NCBI GenBank assembly: GCA_041661685.1 | Contig: JBAZTY010000003.1 | Coordinates: 69,550-133,549 of the forward strand | Length of the DNA stretch: 64,000 nucleotides | From: Patescibacteria group bacterium | GTDB lineage: Bacteria; Patescibacteriota; Patescibacteriia; Patescibacteriales; UBA12465 | Reading direction: 5' to 3' | Shown: positions 17,835-29,300 of the stretch, piece by piece | Layout: each line of letters begins with the position of its first letter | How positions within the stretch are numbered: position 1 is the stretch's first letter | Position numbers and translations under genes: made by a program | Notes under the pieces: generated by a model | The model's database searches: none | The model's input: the letters and a program-made list of their open reading frames with translations, nothing else | What the model was told of the DNA's origin: nothing

Positions 17835-18986
17835 TTATTTTATCGCCTTTTTCAATGCTGCGACCTTATCAGTCTTTTCCCATCTGAATTCTGGGCGACC
17901 GAAATGGCCGTAAGCCGCGGTCTTCAAGAAGACCGGCTTTCTTAATTCTAAGTGATCAATAATCGCTTTCGGGCGGAAATCAAAGACCTTCTCGATAGCC
18001 TTCAAGATATCTTCTTCCGCATATTTATTCGTGCCAAAAGTGTCGATATAGATGCCGACCGGCTTAGCGACCCCAATCGCATAAGCGACCTGGACCTCGC
18101 ATTTATCGGCTAATCCAGCCGCAACGACGTTCTTAGCCGCATAGCGAGCCATATAAGCGCCGGAGCGGTCGACTTTGGACGAATCCTTGCCCGAGAAGCA
18201 GCCGCCGCCATGACGCGCGACGCCGCCATAGGTATCGACAATGATCTTGCGGCCAGTCAGACCGGTATCGGCCGCCGGACCGCCGAAAGTAAAGGCGCCA
18301 GTAGAATTGATATAGACTTTAGTCTTCTTGTCCATTAATTTGCCTAAAACCGGCTTAATGACTTTCGCTAAGATATCGGCACGGACCTTAGAAAGCTTAA
18401 CCTTCTCGCTATGGCAAGCGGCGATAACGACAGTTTCGACGCGCTTAGCAATGCCGTCATGATATTCGACGGTCACCTGGCTTTTTCCGTCCGGTCTTAA
18501 ATAAGGCAGGGTTTTATTCTTGCGGACTTCAGCTAATCTAAAAGTTAATTTATGAGCCAAGGTTATCGGCAAAGGCATGAGCTCCTTGGTCTCGTTAGTT
18601 GCGAAGCCATACATCAAACCTTGGTCACCAGCTCCCTGCTCCTTGAATTCGCCTGCGCCCTCATCGACGCCTTGCGCGATTTCCGCGCTCTGCGCGTGAA
18701 GAGATGACATGATACCGACGCTGTCGCAGTCGAAGCCGGATTCAGCGCCGTTATAGCCGATGCTCTTCAAAACCTTGCGGACAATATCGTCAACTTGAAT
18801 ATACTCTTTAGTTCTGACTTCTCCGCCAACAACAATCATGCCGTTAGTGGCGAATGATTCCACGGCCGCATGGCTGTGCGGGTCTCTCTTTAACATCTCG
18901 TCTAAGATGCCATCGGAAATCTGATCGCAGACCTTATCCGGATGTCCTTCGGTAACAGATTCCGAAGTGATTAATTTTATGTTCAT
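17835..18986 (-). CDS. metK: S-adenosylmethionine synthetase
   Basis: SESVTEGHPDK, GAGDQG, GGGCFSGKD, TAAYGHFGR. Confidence 0.98.
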   Translation of the reverse strand: MNIKLITSESVTEGHPDKVCDQISDGILDEMLKRDPHSHAAVESFATNGMIVVGGEVRTKEYIQVDDIVRKVLKSIGYNGAESGFDCDSVGIMSSLHAQSAEIAQGVDEGAGEFKEQGAGDQGLMYGFATNETKELMPLPITLAHKLTFRLAEVRKNKTLPYLRPDGKSQVTVEYHDGIAKRVETVVIAACHSEKVKLSKVRADILAKVIKPVLGKLMDKKTKVYINSTGAFTFGGPAADTGLTGRKIIVDTYGGVARHGGGCFSGKDSSKVDRSGAYMARYAAKNVVAAGLADKCEVQVAYAIGVAKPVGIYIDTFGTNKYAEEDILKAIEKVFDFRPKAIIDHLELRKPVFLKTAAYGHFGRPEFRWEKTDKVAALKKAIK

Positions 18987-19043
18987 ATTTTTTGTTCCGC
19001 TGTGGTAACGGAGATAATTAAGTTATGTCCTGCTATCAAACTT

Positions 19044-20300
19044 CTAGGTTCCTGATTCCCAAGAAGACAGATAAGCAGCTTGTTCCGCGGTTAGCTTATC
19101 GATCTTGATGCCTAATGACTTAAGTTTCATCATCGCCACCTTCTTTTCAATCTTCTCGGAAACGTTATGGACTCTGACTTCTAATTTTCCGGCGCTCTTA
19201 GCGACGTACTCAGCTGCTAAGGCCTGGGTGGAAAAGCTCATATCCATGACGCTAGACGGATGGCCTTCGGCGGCGGCCAGGTTAATAAGGCGGCCCTGAC
19301 CAAGCACATAGATGCGCCTCTTCCCTAAGATATACTCGTCTACATTATTATTGACGTTATAATTCACCTTGTTAGCTAGTTTCTTTAGAGCCGGAATATT
19401 TATTTCCACATCGAAATGGCCGGAATTGCAGACCATAGCGCCGTCTTTCATGACCTTGAAATGCTCCTTATCGATCACCTTGAGGTCGCCCGTAATAGTA
19501 CAGAAGACGTCTCCGACTTTAGCCGCTTCTTTCATCGTCATCACTCCGAATCCGTCCATAGCGGCTTCAAGGGCCTTAATTTCATCGACTTCGGTCACGA
19601 TGACCTGGGCGCCCATGCCCCGAGCGCGCATTGCGAAACCGCGGCCGCACCAGCCATAGCCAGCCACGACGAAAACCTTACCGGCAACCAATAAGCCAGT
19701 CGCGCGGATGATGCCGTCGAGAGTCGATTGCCCAGTGCCGTAGCGGTTATCGAACATGTTCTTGGTCTTAGCGTCATTAACGGCGATGACCGGCAATAAT
19801 AATTTCTTATCAGCGGACAAAGCGCGCAAGCGGATAACTCCGGTCGTCGTTTCTTCCATGCTGCCCAAGATATCCTTAACCTGATGCTTATATTTATTAT
19901 GCAGGAGGGAAATTAAGTCGGCGCCATCATCCATCGTGATATTCGGGCGATTCTGCAGAGCCTGATTCAAATGAGAATAATAAGTCTTAGTGTCTTCGCC
20001 ATGGATAGCTAAGACCTTGATGCCATGGTTCTTCACTAAAGCCGCGGCGATATCGTCTTGCGTCGATAGCGGATTAGAGGCTACTAAAGTAATATCCGCT
20101 CCGCCAGCTTGGAGAGCCAGCATTAAGTTAGCTGTTTCCGCGGTTACATGCATGCAAGCCGAAACCCGCTTGCCCTTGAATGGCTTAGTTTTCTTAAAAT
20201 CGGCCTTAATGATTTCTAAAACCGGCATATCGCGACTAGCCCAAGCCAAACGCTTTTCGCCAATGGCAGCTAAATTCATGTCTTTTACGTGGTGAGTCAT
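19044..20300 (-). CDS. ahcY: Adenosylhomocysteinase
   Basis: [43 protein letters not shown]. Confidence 0.97.
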   Translation of the reverse strand: MTHHVKDMNLAAIGEKRLAWASRDMPVLEIIKADFKKTKPFKGKRVSACMHVTAETANLMLALQAGGADITLVASNPLSTQDDIAAALVKNHGIKVLAIHGEDTKTYYSHLNQALQNRPNITMDDGADLISLLHNKYKHQVKDILGSMEETTTGVIRLRALSADKKLLLPVIAVNDAKTKNMFDNRYGTGQSTLDGIIRATGLLVAGKVFVVAGYGWCGRGFAMRARGMGAQVIVTEVDEIKALEAAMDGFGVMTMKEAAKVGDVFCTITGDLKVIDKEHFKVMKDGAMVCNSGHFDVEINIPALKKLANKVNYNVNNNVDEYILGKRRIYVLGQGRLINLAAAEGHPSSVMDMSFSTQALAAEYVAKSAGKLEVRVHNVSEKIEKKVAMMKLKSLGIKIDKLTAEQAAYLSSWESGT

Positions 20301-20329
20301 ATTTATTTAAAATATTTTTAAGCTCTTAT

Positions 20330-21286
20330 TTATATCTTCAGACTTTCCTTATAATTCTCCTGATACCTTTTCTTAAGTTCCGCCAGACTGAATTGATGCG
20401 TCTGGGTGCCATATTTCTCAACCGTATAAACCGCCACTAGCCCAGCCAATTGACCGCAAGCCTTTAGATTATAGCCTTTTATCAGGCCTTTGATAAGACC
20501 GGCGCGATAGGCGTCGCCGGCGCCGGTCGGGTCCGAGGTATTCTTCGGTTTTGCCGGTTTAATCACTACCTTCTCCTGGCCTTGATATATTTCCGATCCC
20601 TTACCGCCCTTAGTTATTACTAATATCTCGACTAGTTTGACCAGCTGCGCCAAAGTTATCTTCATCTTATCGGCCATCAGTTTTATTTCATAATCATTGC
20701 CGATAAGCACCTTCGCACCCCTGACAGCTTTCTTAAGTTCCGCGGCCGAAAAAGCGATCAAAGCTTGACCCGGATCAAAGATATAGGGGACATGATGCTT
20801 CTGATAGGCGACCGCGTAGTCCAGCATCCGCTGTTTATCGTCAGGAGCGATAATAGCCAGATTAATCTCTTTAAAATTACAGGCGCGGCGAGCGTAATCT
20901 TTCGGGCGCGCTCCGGGATAAAAAGCGGCGATCTGATTATCGGCTTGATCGGTAATGATATAGGCTGTCGCTGTCCTATCGGTCGGAACAGTCCTGATTC
21001 GGCTAAGATCGGCGCCGCCCTTCTCTAGCCATTTGCGGTAGTCGCCAAAATCAAAACCGGCTACCCCTAGGATAATCGGTTTCTCTTGCAGCAGAGTTAA
21101 GTTATAAGCGATGTTTCCGGCCGTGCCGCCGAAGCTGCGGCGCAAGCCGCTGAGGAAGAAGCTTAAATTCAAGTTATGGATTTCTTTAGGCAGGATATGG
21201 TCTGAGAAACGTCCGGGAAAATCCATGATCTGGTCGTAAGCGAGCGATCCGGAAACAGCTATTTTTAATCTTTTATTTTTTAACAT
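20330..21286 (-). CDS. PfkB-family kinase, probable adenosine kinase
   Basis: GSLAYDQIMDFPGRF, FGGTAGN, DPTGAGDAY; adjacent to ahcY. Confidence 0.85.
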   Translation of the reverse strand: MLKNKRLKIAVSGSLAYDQIMDFPGRFSDHILPKEIHNLNLSFFLSGLRRSFGGTAGNIAYNLTLLQEKPIILGVAGFDFGDYRKWLEKGGADLSRIRTVPTDRTATAYIITDQADNQIAAFYPGARPKDYARRACNFKEINLAIIAPDDKQRMLDYAVAYQKHHVPYIFDPGQALIAFSAAELKKAVRGAKVLIGNDYEIKLMADKMKITLAQLVKLVEILVITKGGKGSEIYQGQEKVVIKPAKPKNTSDPTGAGDAYRAGLIKGLIKGYNLKACGQLAGLVAVYTVEKYGTQTHQFSLAELKKRYQENYKESLKI

Positions 21287-22226
21287 CTACTTTCTGAGAT
21301 TTTTTAAGTTCTGATCTTTTGAAACGACTGATCTCCTGTGATATCGCCTTGTGTTCGAGACTGGATTCGGGATAATTTTTCAGGATATTCTCTAATTCAG
21401 TTAGCGTTGGGAATGGCCTAGTTTCTTGGGCGGGTTGAGACGTAGTTATAATAGGATGAGAAATACTAGGATTGAGATCAAATTGCTTATTAGCCAGTCC
21501 CGGTTCCAGAGTTCCAATATCAATATGCCTTATCTTATCAACACTAGCAATTTCTTCAATATTTCCATGATTAAAAATAATCGTTTTATCGTCTATATTC
21601 ATGACCACCGAATTATCATATCCCTCCGGAGTTTTAGAAGAAATTTTTAATTTTTCATAGATATCTAAAAGAATTTTTACTCTGTCCTTGTCCTTAGCAT
21701 CTAAAATCTTAATAAATTGGTTGTTGCTAAAATACTCAACCTTTTTAACCTTATCAAACTTATCTAGCCCTAAATTAGCAATAAAACTTTTTATCCATTC
21801 GTCCACTTTTCTGGGGATTTCTTGATTAACATATTTCTGCCGACTAATTAAAACGTTGTCGCATTTCTCTAGCGCTTCCCGCATTTTTGTTTTAAAGATA
21901 TCCCTCTCATTCAAATCGCTAATGGCGACAAGCTCCGTTTCTAATTTTCGCCAAAGATCAAATTGATCTATTTCCAAAGAAAGGGAAAAATAATTTTTTA
22001 ACAGATCAGCGCGTTCTTCGGTATCTTTTAAATAGTTAAAACCGATAAATTTAAACTTCATCAAGTAATTTTCGTACTGGGTGTATTCCGGACTATTCTT
22101 TAATATGCCCGACCGATCAAGCCAGTCTTTGACTAGATTATAGCTTTCAAAAGCATCCAAAAATTCGTTATTTGCCATAACGTAATCTATTTCCTGTTGT
22201 AGTAAATCGAGAGTTAATTTTGCCAT
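21273..22226 (-). CDS. Hypothetical protein (AT-rich, helical)
   Basis: Long ORF coupled to both neighbours; ATG 22226 preferred. Confidence 0.7.
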   Translation of the reverse strand: MAKLTLDLLQQEIDYVMANNEFLDAFESYNLVKDWLDRSGILKNSPEYTQYENYLMKFKFIGFNYLKDTEERADLLKNYFSLSLEIDQFDLWRKLETELVAISDLNERDIFKTKMREALEKCDNVLISRQKYVNQEIPRKVDEWIKSFIANLGLDKFDKVKKVEYFSNNQFIKILDAKDKDRVKILLDIYEKLKISSKTPEGYDNSVVMNIDDKTIIFNHGNIEEIASVDKIRHIDIGTLEPGLANKQFDLNPSISHPIITTSQPAQETRPFPTLTELENILKNYPESSLEHKAISQEISRFKRSELKKSQKVDVKK

Positions 22227-22230
22227 ATCT

Positions 22231-24831
22231 TTAAGAAACAACACCCCTTATAGCGCCCATAGGATTAGAAACATCATTCTTCTTACCTCCCTGGGCACAA
22301 ATCTTTCTAATAACTTTAGCTACTTCTACGGCGCCATTCTTTTCTAAGGCTTCGAGATTCTTTTCATTAGCGCCAATAAACCGAATAACATTAATATTAC
22401 CAGTCTTTTCTAAATCAGCAGCGTAAGCAGCGTCTTTTGAAGCGAACAGACTGATAGTAGAACGGCTGATATCCCAATGTTTAGAATCATGCGGTTCGCC
22501 ATTACGATAAGAACCGGCTCCTAAGCGATTAACAGACCTAACAAATTGCTGAACTTGAACTTTTGATTTTTCACTAAGAATAGCGGCTTCCTGTTCATCT
22601 TTGCCTGTTTCTTCCCATTTGCCAGCTTTATTCATGCTCATAGCGCCAAAAGCTTCAAAATGGTTAGAAGCCTTAGCCAGCTCCCCAACTTCAGCAATAA
22701 GCGCACGAGAATCCTGCTCGGTCATTCCGCCTGCTTTCTGTAAATGTTCAGACATTTTAATCATGCCATCATAGCCAGTGCCAATGCCTAAAGATCTGTG
22801 CAGATCATTATAATTCCCCGACTTAGCTAATTTCTTATAACAAGCCGCCATCAATCCTTCATCATGTTGCTCCTCCGCCTCTTTGAATATACCGACCAAT
22901 TGATCCGGATTAGAAAAATTGGCAATTTGTTTGCTTGCCTCGCCTTCCATTTTAGCGCTGATGGAGGCCCGCGCCGATTGCACCTCGGATAATTGATTTT
23001 TACGCAGAACATCGGCAAATTTAGCGATTTCTGCATCAGCGGCGTTAACCGCGCCAAGAGATTTATCTTTTTCTTTTTGATACTCCTCCAACTTAGCATC
23101 TTTAGCTATCTTATCAGAAACAACAATATTTTTACCGCTAAGAACATCTTTTTCTTCTAGGTTGCGGGCCATGGTATCATTAATCTTCTTAATGTCTGCT
23201 TTTTTCTTCACCAACTCTTTAGTTTCATCTTCGGTCAGGCTGCCCGCTTTTTCTTTACCGAGTAATTTTTTATAATCAGCGCTATCAACAATGGCCTTGC
23301 TATCTTCTTCCAATTTATAATTCTTTTTATTAATATCCTTAATCCTTTCTTTGTTATCTCTATCTTCTGCGGCCGTGACCACTTTACCAGATTCTAAATC
23401 AATTCTTCCTAACTCACCAGTAGCCGCCTTCTTCATATCTTCCTGGGCTTTAATCTTACCAAGATATTCTTTATTCTTGGCTGGCGAACCGGCATTGAAT
23501 TTCCTATCCATAATATTCTGCCAGGCGACGTCGCCGGTGCTTAAAAGAGCGGCTTTACGGCCAATCCATGTTTCACCCTCTTCCGCCTGCTTAAGAGTGC
23601 CTTTCCTAATTCTAGTTTGTCGTAACGCTCTATTATGTTCTACTTGTTCTCTTCTTCTTCTTTCTCCGGCCGCTAAATTCAAATCTACTCCTAATTTTTC
23701 ACTAGTCATATCTCTCAAGTCTCCGAGCTGTCTTCCGGTCCATTTACCTAGGCCCTTCCCGGCTCCAGTTATTTTCCCAGTCGCAAACGATGCCCCAGAA
23801 CTTATCTTGGACATCCCCTTCCCGGCCATGCTGCCGGCCGCGCCGCCGATCTCTTGAGATATCTTCAAGCCGCCGAGCAACATACCGATGGCGATGACGA
23901 ATTGGATAAGCGATGCCGGAGAAGACGCCTTAGTAGCTACCATAGCATTTGTACCCGAGGCGGTAGTATCTCCGATTGCCGACATTTCTGCCGCTACTTT
24001 CGTATTTACTGAGGTGTCTTGAGTGTAAGTCTGCAGAGCCGCAAAAGACAGCCAGATAAAAAAGGCTAAAACCGGACCGACAACGAGATTCTTAGTAAAC
24101 TCGCTCCACCACTGAGAAGCATATTTCTGTCCGCCCGGAAAAGCTGATAATAGATAAGCGGCCGGAGATAAGACGACATAAATCCAGATCATGACCAGGC
24201 GCATGACGAGCATCATCATCATGGTCACAATAACAACGACAGCGACCAGAAGATAAATAATTCCCAAGACATAAGCGCCAACAACCGTCCACAAGCTCAT
24301 GCTGCTATCATCTTTGGCCATGGTCACGATATTGCTCAGCCCTAGAATATCAGTCAGGTTAGCGCCGCCGACATCTTTAAAAGCGTTGACGAAAGTGAGC
24401 ATGACGACCTGCGCCGCGTCGATCATCAAACCGCAGATAGTCTTAGAAAAATTAATCAGCACGGCCATTAAAATCAATTTCGGCAGCCATTTCTTATAAC
24501 TATAGTTTTCTAAATGAAGAATTGTCCCGAAAGCGATGATGAGCAGAACGACCACAAAAAACATGTTACAAATATCGCGCACTATTACCCAGCCGAGCCT
24601 GACAGCGTCGGAGCCGATAAAATCCTGATATTGAGCAATAATAATCAGTCCTTTTATAACCAAAACTAAAATGACGCCGAGCGCCCAGATGAATACTCCG
24701 AGAATTCCACTAATGACGCTAACCGCCCAATCCGGGGCCGCCAGGACATTATGACCAAATAAAAAAATCCCGATTACGGCGATAAGCGGCAATATGGCAA
24801 ATAAAAATTTTTTATTGTTGATTGACTTCAT
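22231..24831 (-). CDS. VirB6/TrbL-like polytopic membrane protein with long charged C-terminal extension
   Basis: 'GWVIVRDICNMFF', 'LINFS', 'LSPAAYL...QWWSEF' motifs; multiple TMs then Gly-rich and coiled-coil-like tail. Confidence 0.75.
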   Translation of the reverse strand: MKSINNKKFLFAILPLIAVIGIFLFGHNVLAAPDWAVSVISGILGVFIWALGVILVLVIKGLIIIAQYQDFIGSDAVRLGWVIVRDICNMFFVVVLLIIAFGTILHLENYSYKKWLPKLILMAVLINFSKTICGLMIDAAQVVMLTFVNAFKDVGGANLTDILGLSNIVTMAKDDSSMSLWTVVGAYVLGIIYLLVAVVVIVTMMMMLVMRLVMIWIYVVLSPAAYLLSAFPGGQKYASQWWSEFTKNLVVGPVLAFFIWLSFAALQTYTQDTSVNTKVAAEMSAIGDTTASGTNAMVATKASSPASLIQFVIAIGMLLGGLKISQEIGGAAGSMAGKGMSKISSGASFATGKITGAGKGLGKWTGRQLGDLRDMTSEKLGVDLNLAAGERRRREQVEHNRALRQTRIRKGTLKQAEEGETWIGRKAALLSTGDVAWQNIMDRKFNAGSPAKNKEYLGKIKAQEDMKKAATGELGRIDLESGKVVTAAEDRDNKERIKDINKKNYKLEEDSKAIVDSADYKKLLGKEKAGSLTEDETKELVKKKADIKKINDTMARNLEEKDVLSGKNIVVSDKIAKDAKLEEYQKEKDKSLGAVNAADAEIAKFADVLRKNQLSEVQSARASISAKMEGEASKQIANFSNPDQLVGIFKEAEEQHDEGLMAACYKKLAKSGNYNDLHRSLGIGTGYDGMIKMSEHLQKAGGMTEQDSRALIAEVGELAKASNHFEAFGAMSMNKAGKWEETGKDEQEAAILSEKSKVQVQQFVRSVNRLGAGSYRNGEPHDSKHWDISRSTISLFASKDAAYAADLEKTGNINVIRFIGANEKNLEALEKNGAVEVAKVIRKICAQGGKKNDVSNPMGAIRGVVS

Positions 24832-24852
24832 GTTAATTGGCGCGAAGTTCTC

Positions 24853-25530
24853 TTATTGAAAAATACTCTTAAGCAAATCCCACAGCGCCTCTCCAATTAT
24901 TTTGACCGACGACACCGGATCAAATATAATGGCGCTGATTATGTAAATGACGCTAGCCACTGCTATCAGGAGAAACAAACATCCTAAATCGCAACCGATC
25001 AATCCCCATATTTCCATCGAAGGCTTAACCGGCGGTTTCGCGTCCGCGGCGGCCCCGGCAACTTTTCCGGCCACGCCTCCGATCGCTCCGGCAGCAGCGG
25101 CGCCGCCTCCCGGTATCATATCTTTCCATTCATCCCCTAAATTACAAAAGAATTTCTCGCCAAATATCTGATTCAGAAAAAAGGCATGAATATTTATCCA
25201 GATAAGGGTACACCCGAAACTAGTAATAAGATTAAGCCAGGACTGTTGTAATAATTTAGAGGCCCCTTGTTTCAGCGGCGAGGGACTAGACCCGCTTTCC
25301 CCGTCTGACCCGGGCGTTGCGCCGGCTTTCTTTTTCTCTGCTAGAACCGCCTCACGCAAAGACGTAGCGCCTTGGCCATCCGGACCGCCGGCCCTCTGTG
25401 CTTCTCTCAACCGGGAAGCTTTCTCGGACCAAGCAGATTCCCTAGCAGAATCATAAGCGCCCCAAGCGGTTTCCGCATTTCTTTCATCCGGTTCTTGTTG
25501 TTGCGCTAATAGCTGTTCATCAAGGCTCAT
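24853..25530 (-). CDS. Hypothetical membrane protein
   Basis: 225-aa ORF with C-terminal hydrophobic segments; first gene of the minus-strand block. Confidence 0.7.
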   Translation of the reverse strand: MSLDEQLLAQQQEPDERNAETAWGAYDSARESAWSEKASRLREAQRAGGPDGQGATSLREAVLAEKKKAGATPGSDGESGSSPSPLKQGASKLLQQSWLNLITSFGCTLIWINIHAFFLNQIFGEKFFCNLGDEWKDMIPGGGAAAAGAIGGVAGKVAGAAADAKPPVKPSMEIWGLIGCDLGCLFLLIAVASVIYIISAIIFDPVSSVKIIGEALWDLLKSIFQ

Positions 25531-25673
25531 AGGCTCACTTTATGCTTTATCTTTACTTTGATTATATACTATTTACGACGTTTTTGACAGCCTATTTATG
25601 AGCTTATTTCCGATTCTATTTTTAAGGTTATCCCTTGCTATTATTTTACTATAAAATAGCCGTAAAGGCAAAG

Positions 25674-25705
25674 AAAAAAGGCTTATCAATTAAGACAAGC
25701 CTTTT
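25674..25705 (-). terminator. Terminator of lipoprotein gene
   Basis: AAAAGGCTTGTC-TTAATT-GATAAGCCTTTTTT on minus strand. Confidence 0.7.
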
Positions 25706-25755
25706 AAAAATTCGACACGATTCCGAAAATCACGAGAAGAGTGTTTAGCGACGTA

Positions 25756-26202
25756 CTAAACTGGTACAAAAGTTACATCAAAGTGATAAGTGTAAGTTTT
25801 GTTTTTCTCTATGACTACAGGTACTGGAGCGGGAGAATACGTGGTTTCAAACGCGGGACTAGGCGTAGTGCCCATATACAAGCGATAGACTGTTACTAAA
25901 GAGCAAATAACTACTTCTTTCCCTATGATAGCTCGAGCTTCCTCCCCTTTTAAGACCTTCTTAACTCCTGGGGCAAATTGATACACTGGGGTATTCCAAG
26001 TTTCCGTCCAAACTCCGACAGCATTTTTTTCCATTACGTATTCGGATTTCCATTCGGTTAAGATATTAGTATACACAATGATAACCACGCTGTCTTCTTC
26101 GGGGGCAGCAGGAGGCTCATTAAAGGGGTCATTTTCCTTATTACAACTTACTAAGCTGGCCATGACTATCATGGTGATAGCTAAAAGAAACATTCTCTTC
26201 AT
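25756..26202 (-). CDS. Putative lipoprotein
   Basis: MKRMFLLAITMIVMASLVS-C20-NKEND lipobox; ATG 26202 preferred. Confidence 0.7.
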   Translation of the reverse strand: MKRMFLLAITMIVMASLVSCNKENDPFNEPPAAPEEDSVVIIVYTNILTEWKSEYVMEKNAVGVWTETWNTPVYQFAPGVKKVLKGEEARAIIGKEVVICSLVTVYRLYMGTTPSPAFETTYSPAPVPVVIEKNKTYTYHFDVTFVPV

Positions 26203-26256
26203 GATTTCTATGGTTTTTATGTTAACGTACTTTATTTTCAAATTTTAACTATAAAC

Positions 26257-26285
26257 ATTATATAACATTATTAAACTTTTGTCAA
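26257..26285 (-). promoter_or_regulatory. Perfect consensus sigma70 promoter
   Basis: TTGACA-17bp-TATAAT. Confidence 0.85.
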
Positions 26286-26312
26286 GTAGGTTATCAACAA
26301 CCCCAATTATAC

Positions 26313-29300
26313 CTAATAATTTCGCCAATACATACCCCAATTATCCCTAATCTCCAATTTGATTGTTTTTAAGCCCTTGGAGGAGTAATAATGATAAAAG
26401 ACATGGGGGCTAGCCTGGGTCGGATGATGATCTTCGCCGGTTATCGTCTGAAGACTGCCATCACCCCAGTCGATAATAATTTCCTTGAGCGGCTGCTGTT
26501 CCTTGTCGACAACGCTATTGAACTCTAAACGGTAGACGCCTTTATTAAGAATGTCGAAGGCTATGCCAGAAGCAGGAATCACGGTATTCGTGGCGCCGAA
26601 ATAAAGCTTGATATTACTGACGACCGGCTTAATCCAACAGAAAGAGCTCAGCCCTTCTCCGATGCGCTTATCATTAGTGCATCGCGGTAGATTAGCTGCC
26701 GGAGCCGTGAAATCAGAATAAGAATTAGAATCTAACACATAAGCATTATCCTTGAAGTTATAGCTCTTAAAAGACTTCATGAATATGGTTTTAAGAATAT
26801 TCTTGTAATCGGGAGCCGACATTGTATCTGTTACCGGTGATAACGGCTGAGCCCAAAGCGGAACACACGACCCCAGGCTGCCGCAAGACAGATTGCCTAC
26901 GGCCGAATCTCCTCCGGATATAAGCTTGGCGGCCGTTAAGCAATAGACGTTTTTATCGCTGCTGCAATAACCAATTGATTTACAGCCGTTTGAAGTGCTG
27001 CCGTTGGCGCAGCCATAAGGCCGTCCGGCGAGAATATTATTCTCTCCGCTAGTCTTCAAATCTCTGTCCAATAGGCTAACAGGAGTACTCTGAGTACTTA
27101 AATCATCCGGCAAGCTAGCCGCGCCGAAAGGTACCGTGGCACGATTACGGCCATAGCTATCTATCGCTTTCGGCAGAGCGCCGTAATATTTATCTAAATT
27201 ATCGACAAAGAATCTCGGGGTAATATCAGGATAGGCCGGATCGCCTTCAATTCGGGCGGCCCACGCCTTATTTTTTCCGCTTTCATCGACGACTTGAATA
27301 AATTTATTGCAGGTCAAGCGGAAAAGCGCATCCGAGTCATCGCCAGAAATCAGCTTAAGATCAGTTTCCGTCAGCGGCGGGTGAGCATAGTCGTAGACTC
27401 GGATCGAAGGGTCGGCAAGATCCTGATTTTCGGCCTCCGTTGAATTACCGCCATATTTATACCAGCCATCAGTTAGAACCCAGAGCCTGGCATGAAATCC
27501 ATCATAATTAATCCCGCTGACATTAGAGCCCCTAACCCAATGATCGGAATTAGCTAAAAGCCTAGTATATCCCGTAGACGCTGGCGACCAAAAATATACT
27601 GGACCTTGATAAAAATTCGCGGGATCTAATGATCCTAATACTGTCGGCAATGACGGGTCAGGAAAAGTGCTGTCACCATCGGCCGTTCTCACGACTTCAA
27701 TTATAAATCTTTTGCTAGTGTCATTCTTCGGAACGCACCACTCATCGCTATTACAATGATGGACGCTGCCGCGCGTATAGGAATACTCATAATAGAATCG
27801 ATTGTACCCTGGAGCACAAGGACTGGAATCGCTCTTAAAGCCATCATCCTCGTAAGCGTTATCACAATAACCATGATTAGAATCGTCATGCCTCAGCCAA
27901 TAAGCCGTTCGATTATCCACGATATCAAAGTTACCATTCAGCTCCGTGCAATAATCAAGGGGGTATACACCCTTATAGCCATAGGCGGAGGGCTGAGAAA
28001 TTCGGGTAGTCGAGATCTTATCGACCGGATACCACAATAAGCAGACGTTGGGGTTATAAGAATCGTGCTCTAAGCAATATCCTTCCAAACCGTTCTTAAT
28101 GACATTACTATTCTTAGTCTCGCAAGTCAGGCTATCCTCGGTCGGATAAAGGCGGCATTCGCGTGCCGCATACTGATTATTTCCGATTTCTAAGACCGGT
28201 TCGATGCTGAGATTGTCAAAATAGACAGAGTTCGCATCGTTAAGATCGACCGTATCCGAGGTTAGATAAATCTTAACTTTATTGCTCCCTTGGCCGATAT
28301 CAAACTTAACAATCTTGGTTTCCCAGCCGTTCGGAGCGGCCGCATAGAATATGAGCGGCGCTCCGGTCAGCGCGTCTTTCTTAACCACGCCGTCGGTATC
28401 AGTAATAATCACTTTCGTGCGCAAGCTAGTCCCTCTGGTATTAACCATGTAATTCAGATAATAGGTATTGGTTTCTCCTAGGGCGGGAGACGTCAGCTGA
28501 ATGCCCGCGTCTGACCCATCGCCTAAAGTCGAGACTTGATAAGGCGCCACGACTTTCAGGTAGCTCTTGCCCTGAGCCGGGTAATCGGTCGGGGCGTTCT
28601 CGGGCTCATTAATAATAGAATAGGCTTTAGAAAGATCGGTTGGACAATCTTTCGGCCCGGAAAAATCAATATTCCCATGGCAGCTTAGCGACAGGCTGGT
28701 TTCGAAATCGGCATAAAAATCAGAATTGAAACCGACCTGTTTAATCTGACTAAAATGATATTTATTAAGCAAGGAATAACCGGTCGCATTCCTGTCGTTA
28801 TTAGCATCGAAACTGCGCGTGGTCGCGGGCATGGTGATAAAATTGGCGCATTCATTCTTATCGTCTAAACGGTTGCATTCGGCCACCGCGTAGCAAGTCT
28901 TAGTTTTTGTGGCCGGATCTTCAATATAAGTGACGCAATCCAGCCATTTCGAGCAGACCCTGTCCGGACGGACCTTTAAGAGCTGATTAGCCGTACAAGA
29001 ACCGGCGATGCTAGGCGAACAAGCGGTCGGAGTCGCGCCGGAAACTGTCTTATAGGCGTCCCAGCCTTTTTCTAAACTAACTAAGCCGGAAGATCCGGAA
29101 ACACTGCGCTCGTTAAATAAGACACAGCCGTCGTCGAAGTTCACCAAACCGTTACAGCTCGTCTTGTCGGTATTAGCTTTCAGCTGATAATCGACGACCA
29201 GCTCTCTTAACTCTATTGTCTTGCCGATTGCGCCGCCGCTTACCAAAACCGAAGAATTATTGATGGAATTAAATATAATCGGCTGATTAAGATTACTGGA

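Noticed and set aside
18987-19043. SAM/SAH riboswitch before metK
   Set aside because: Only a short TCCGTT/AGCGGA hairpin; no recognisable SAM-I/II/V or SAH consensus
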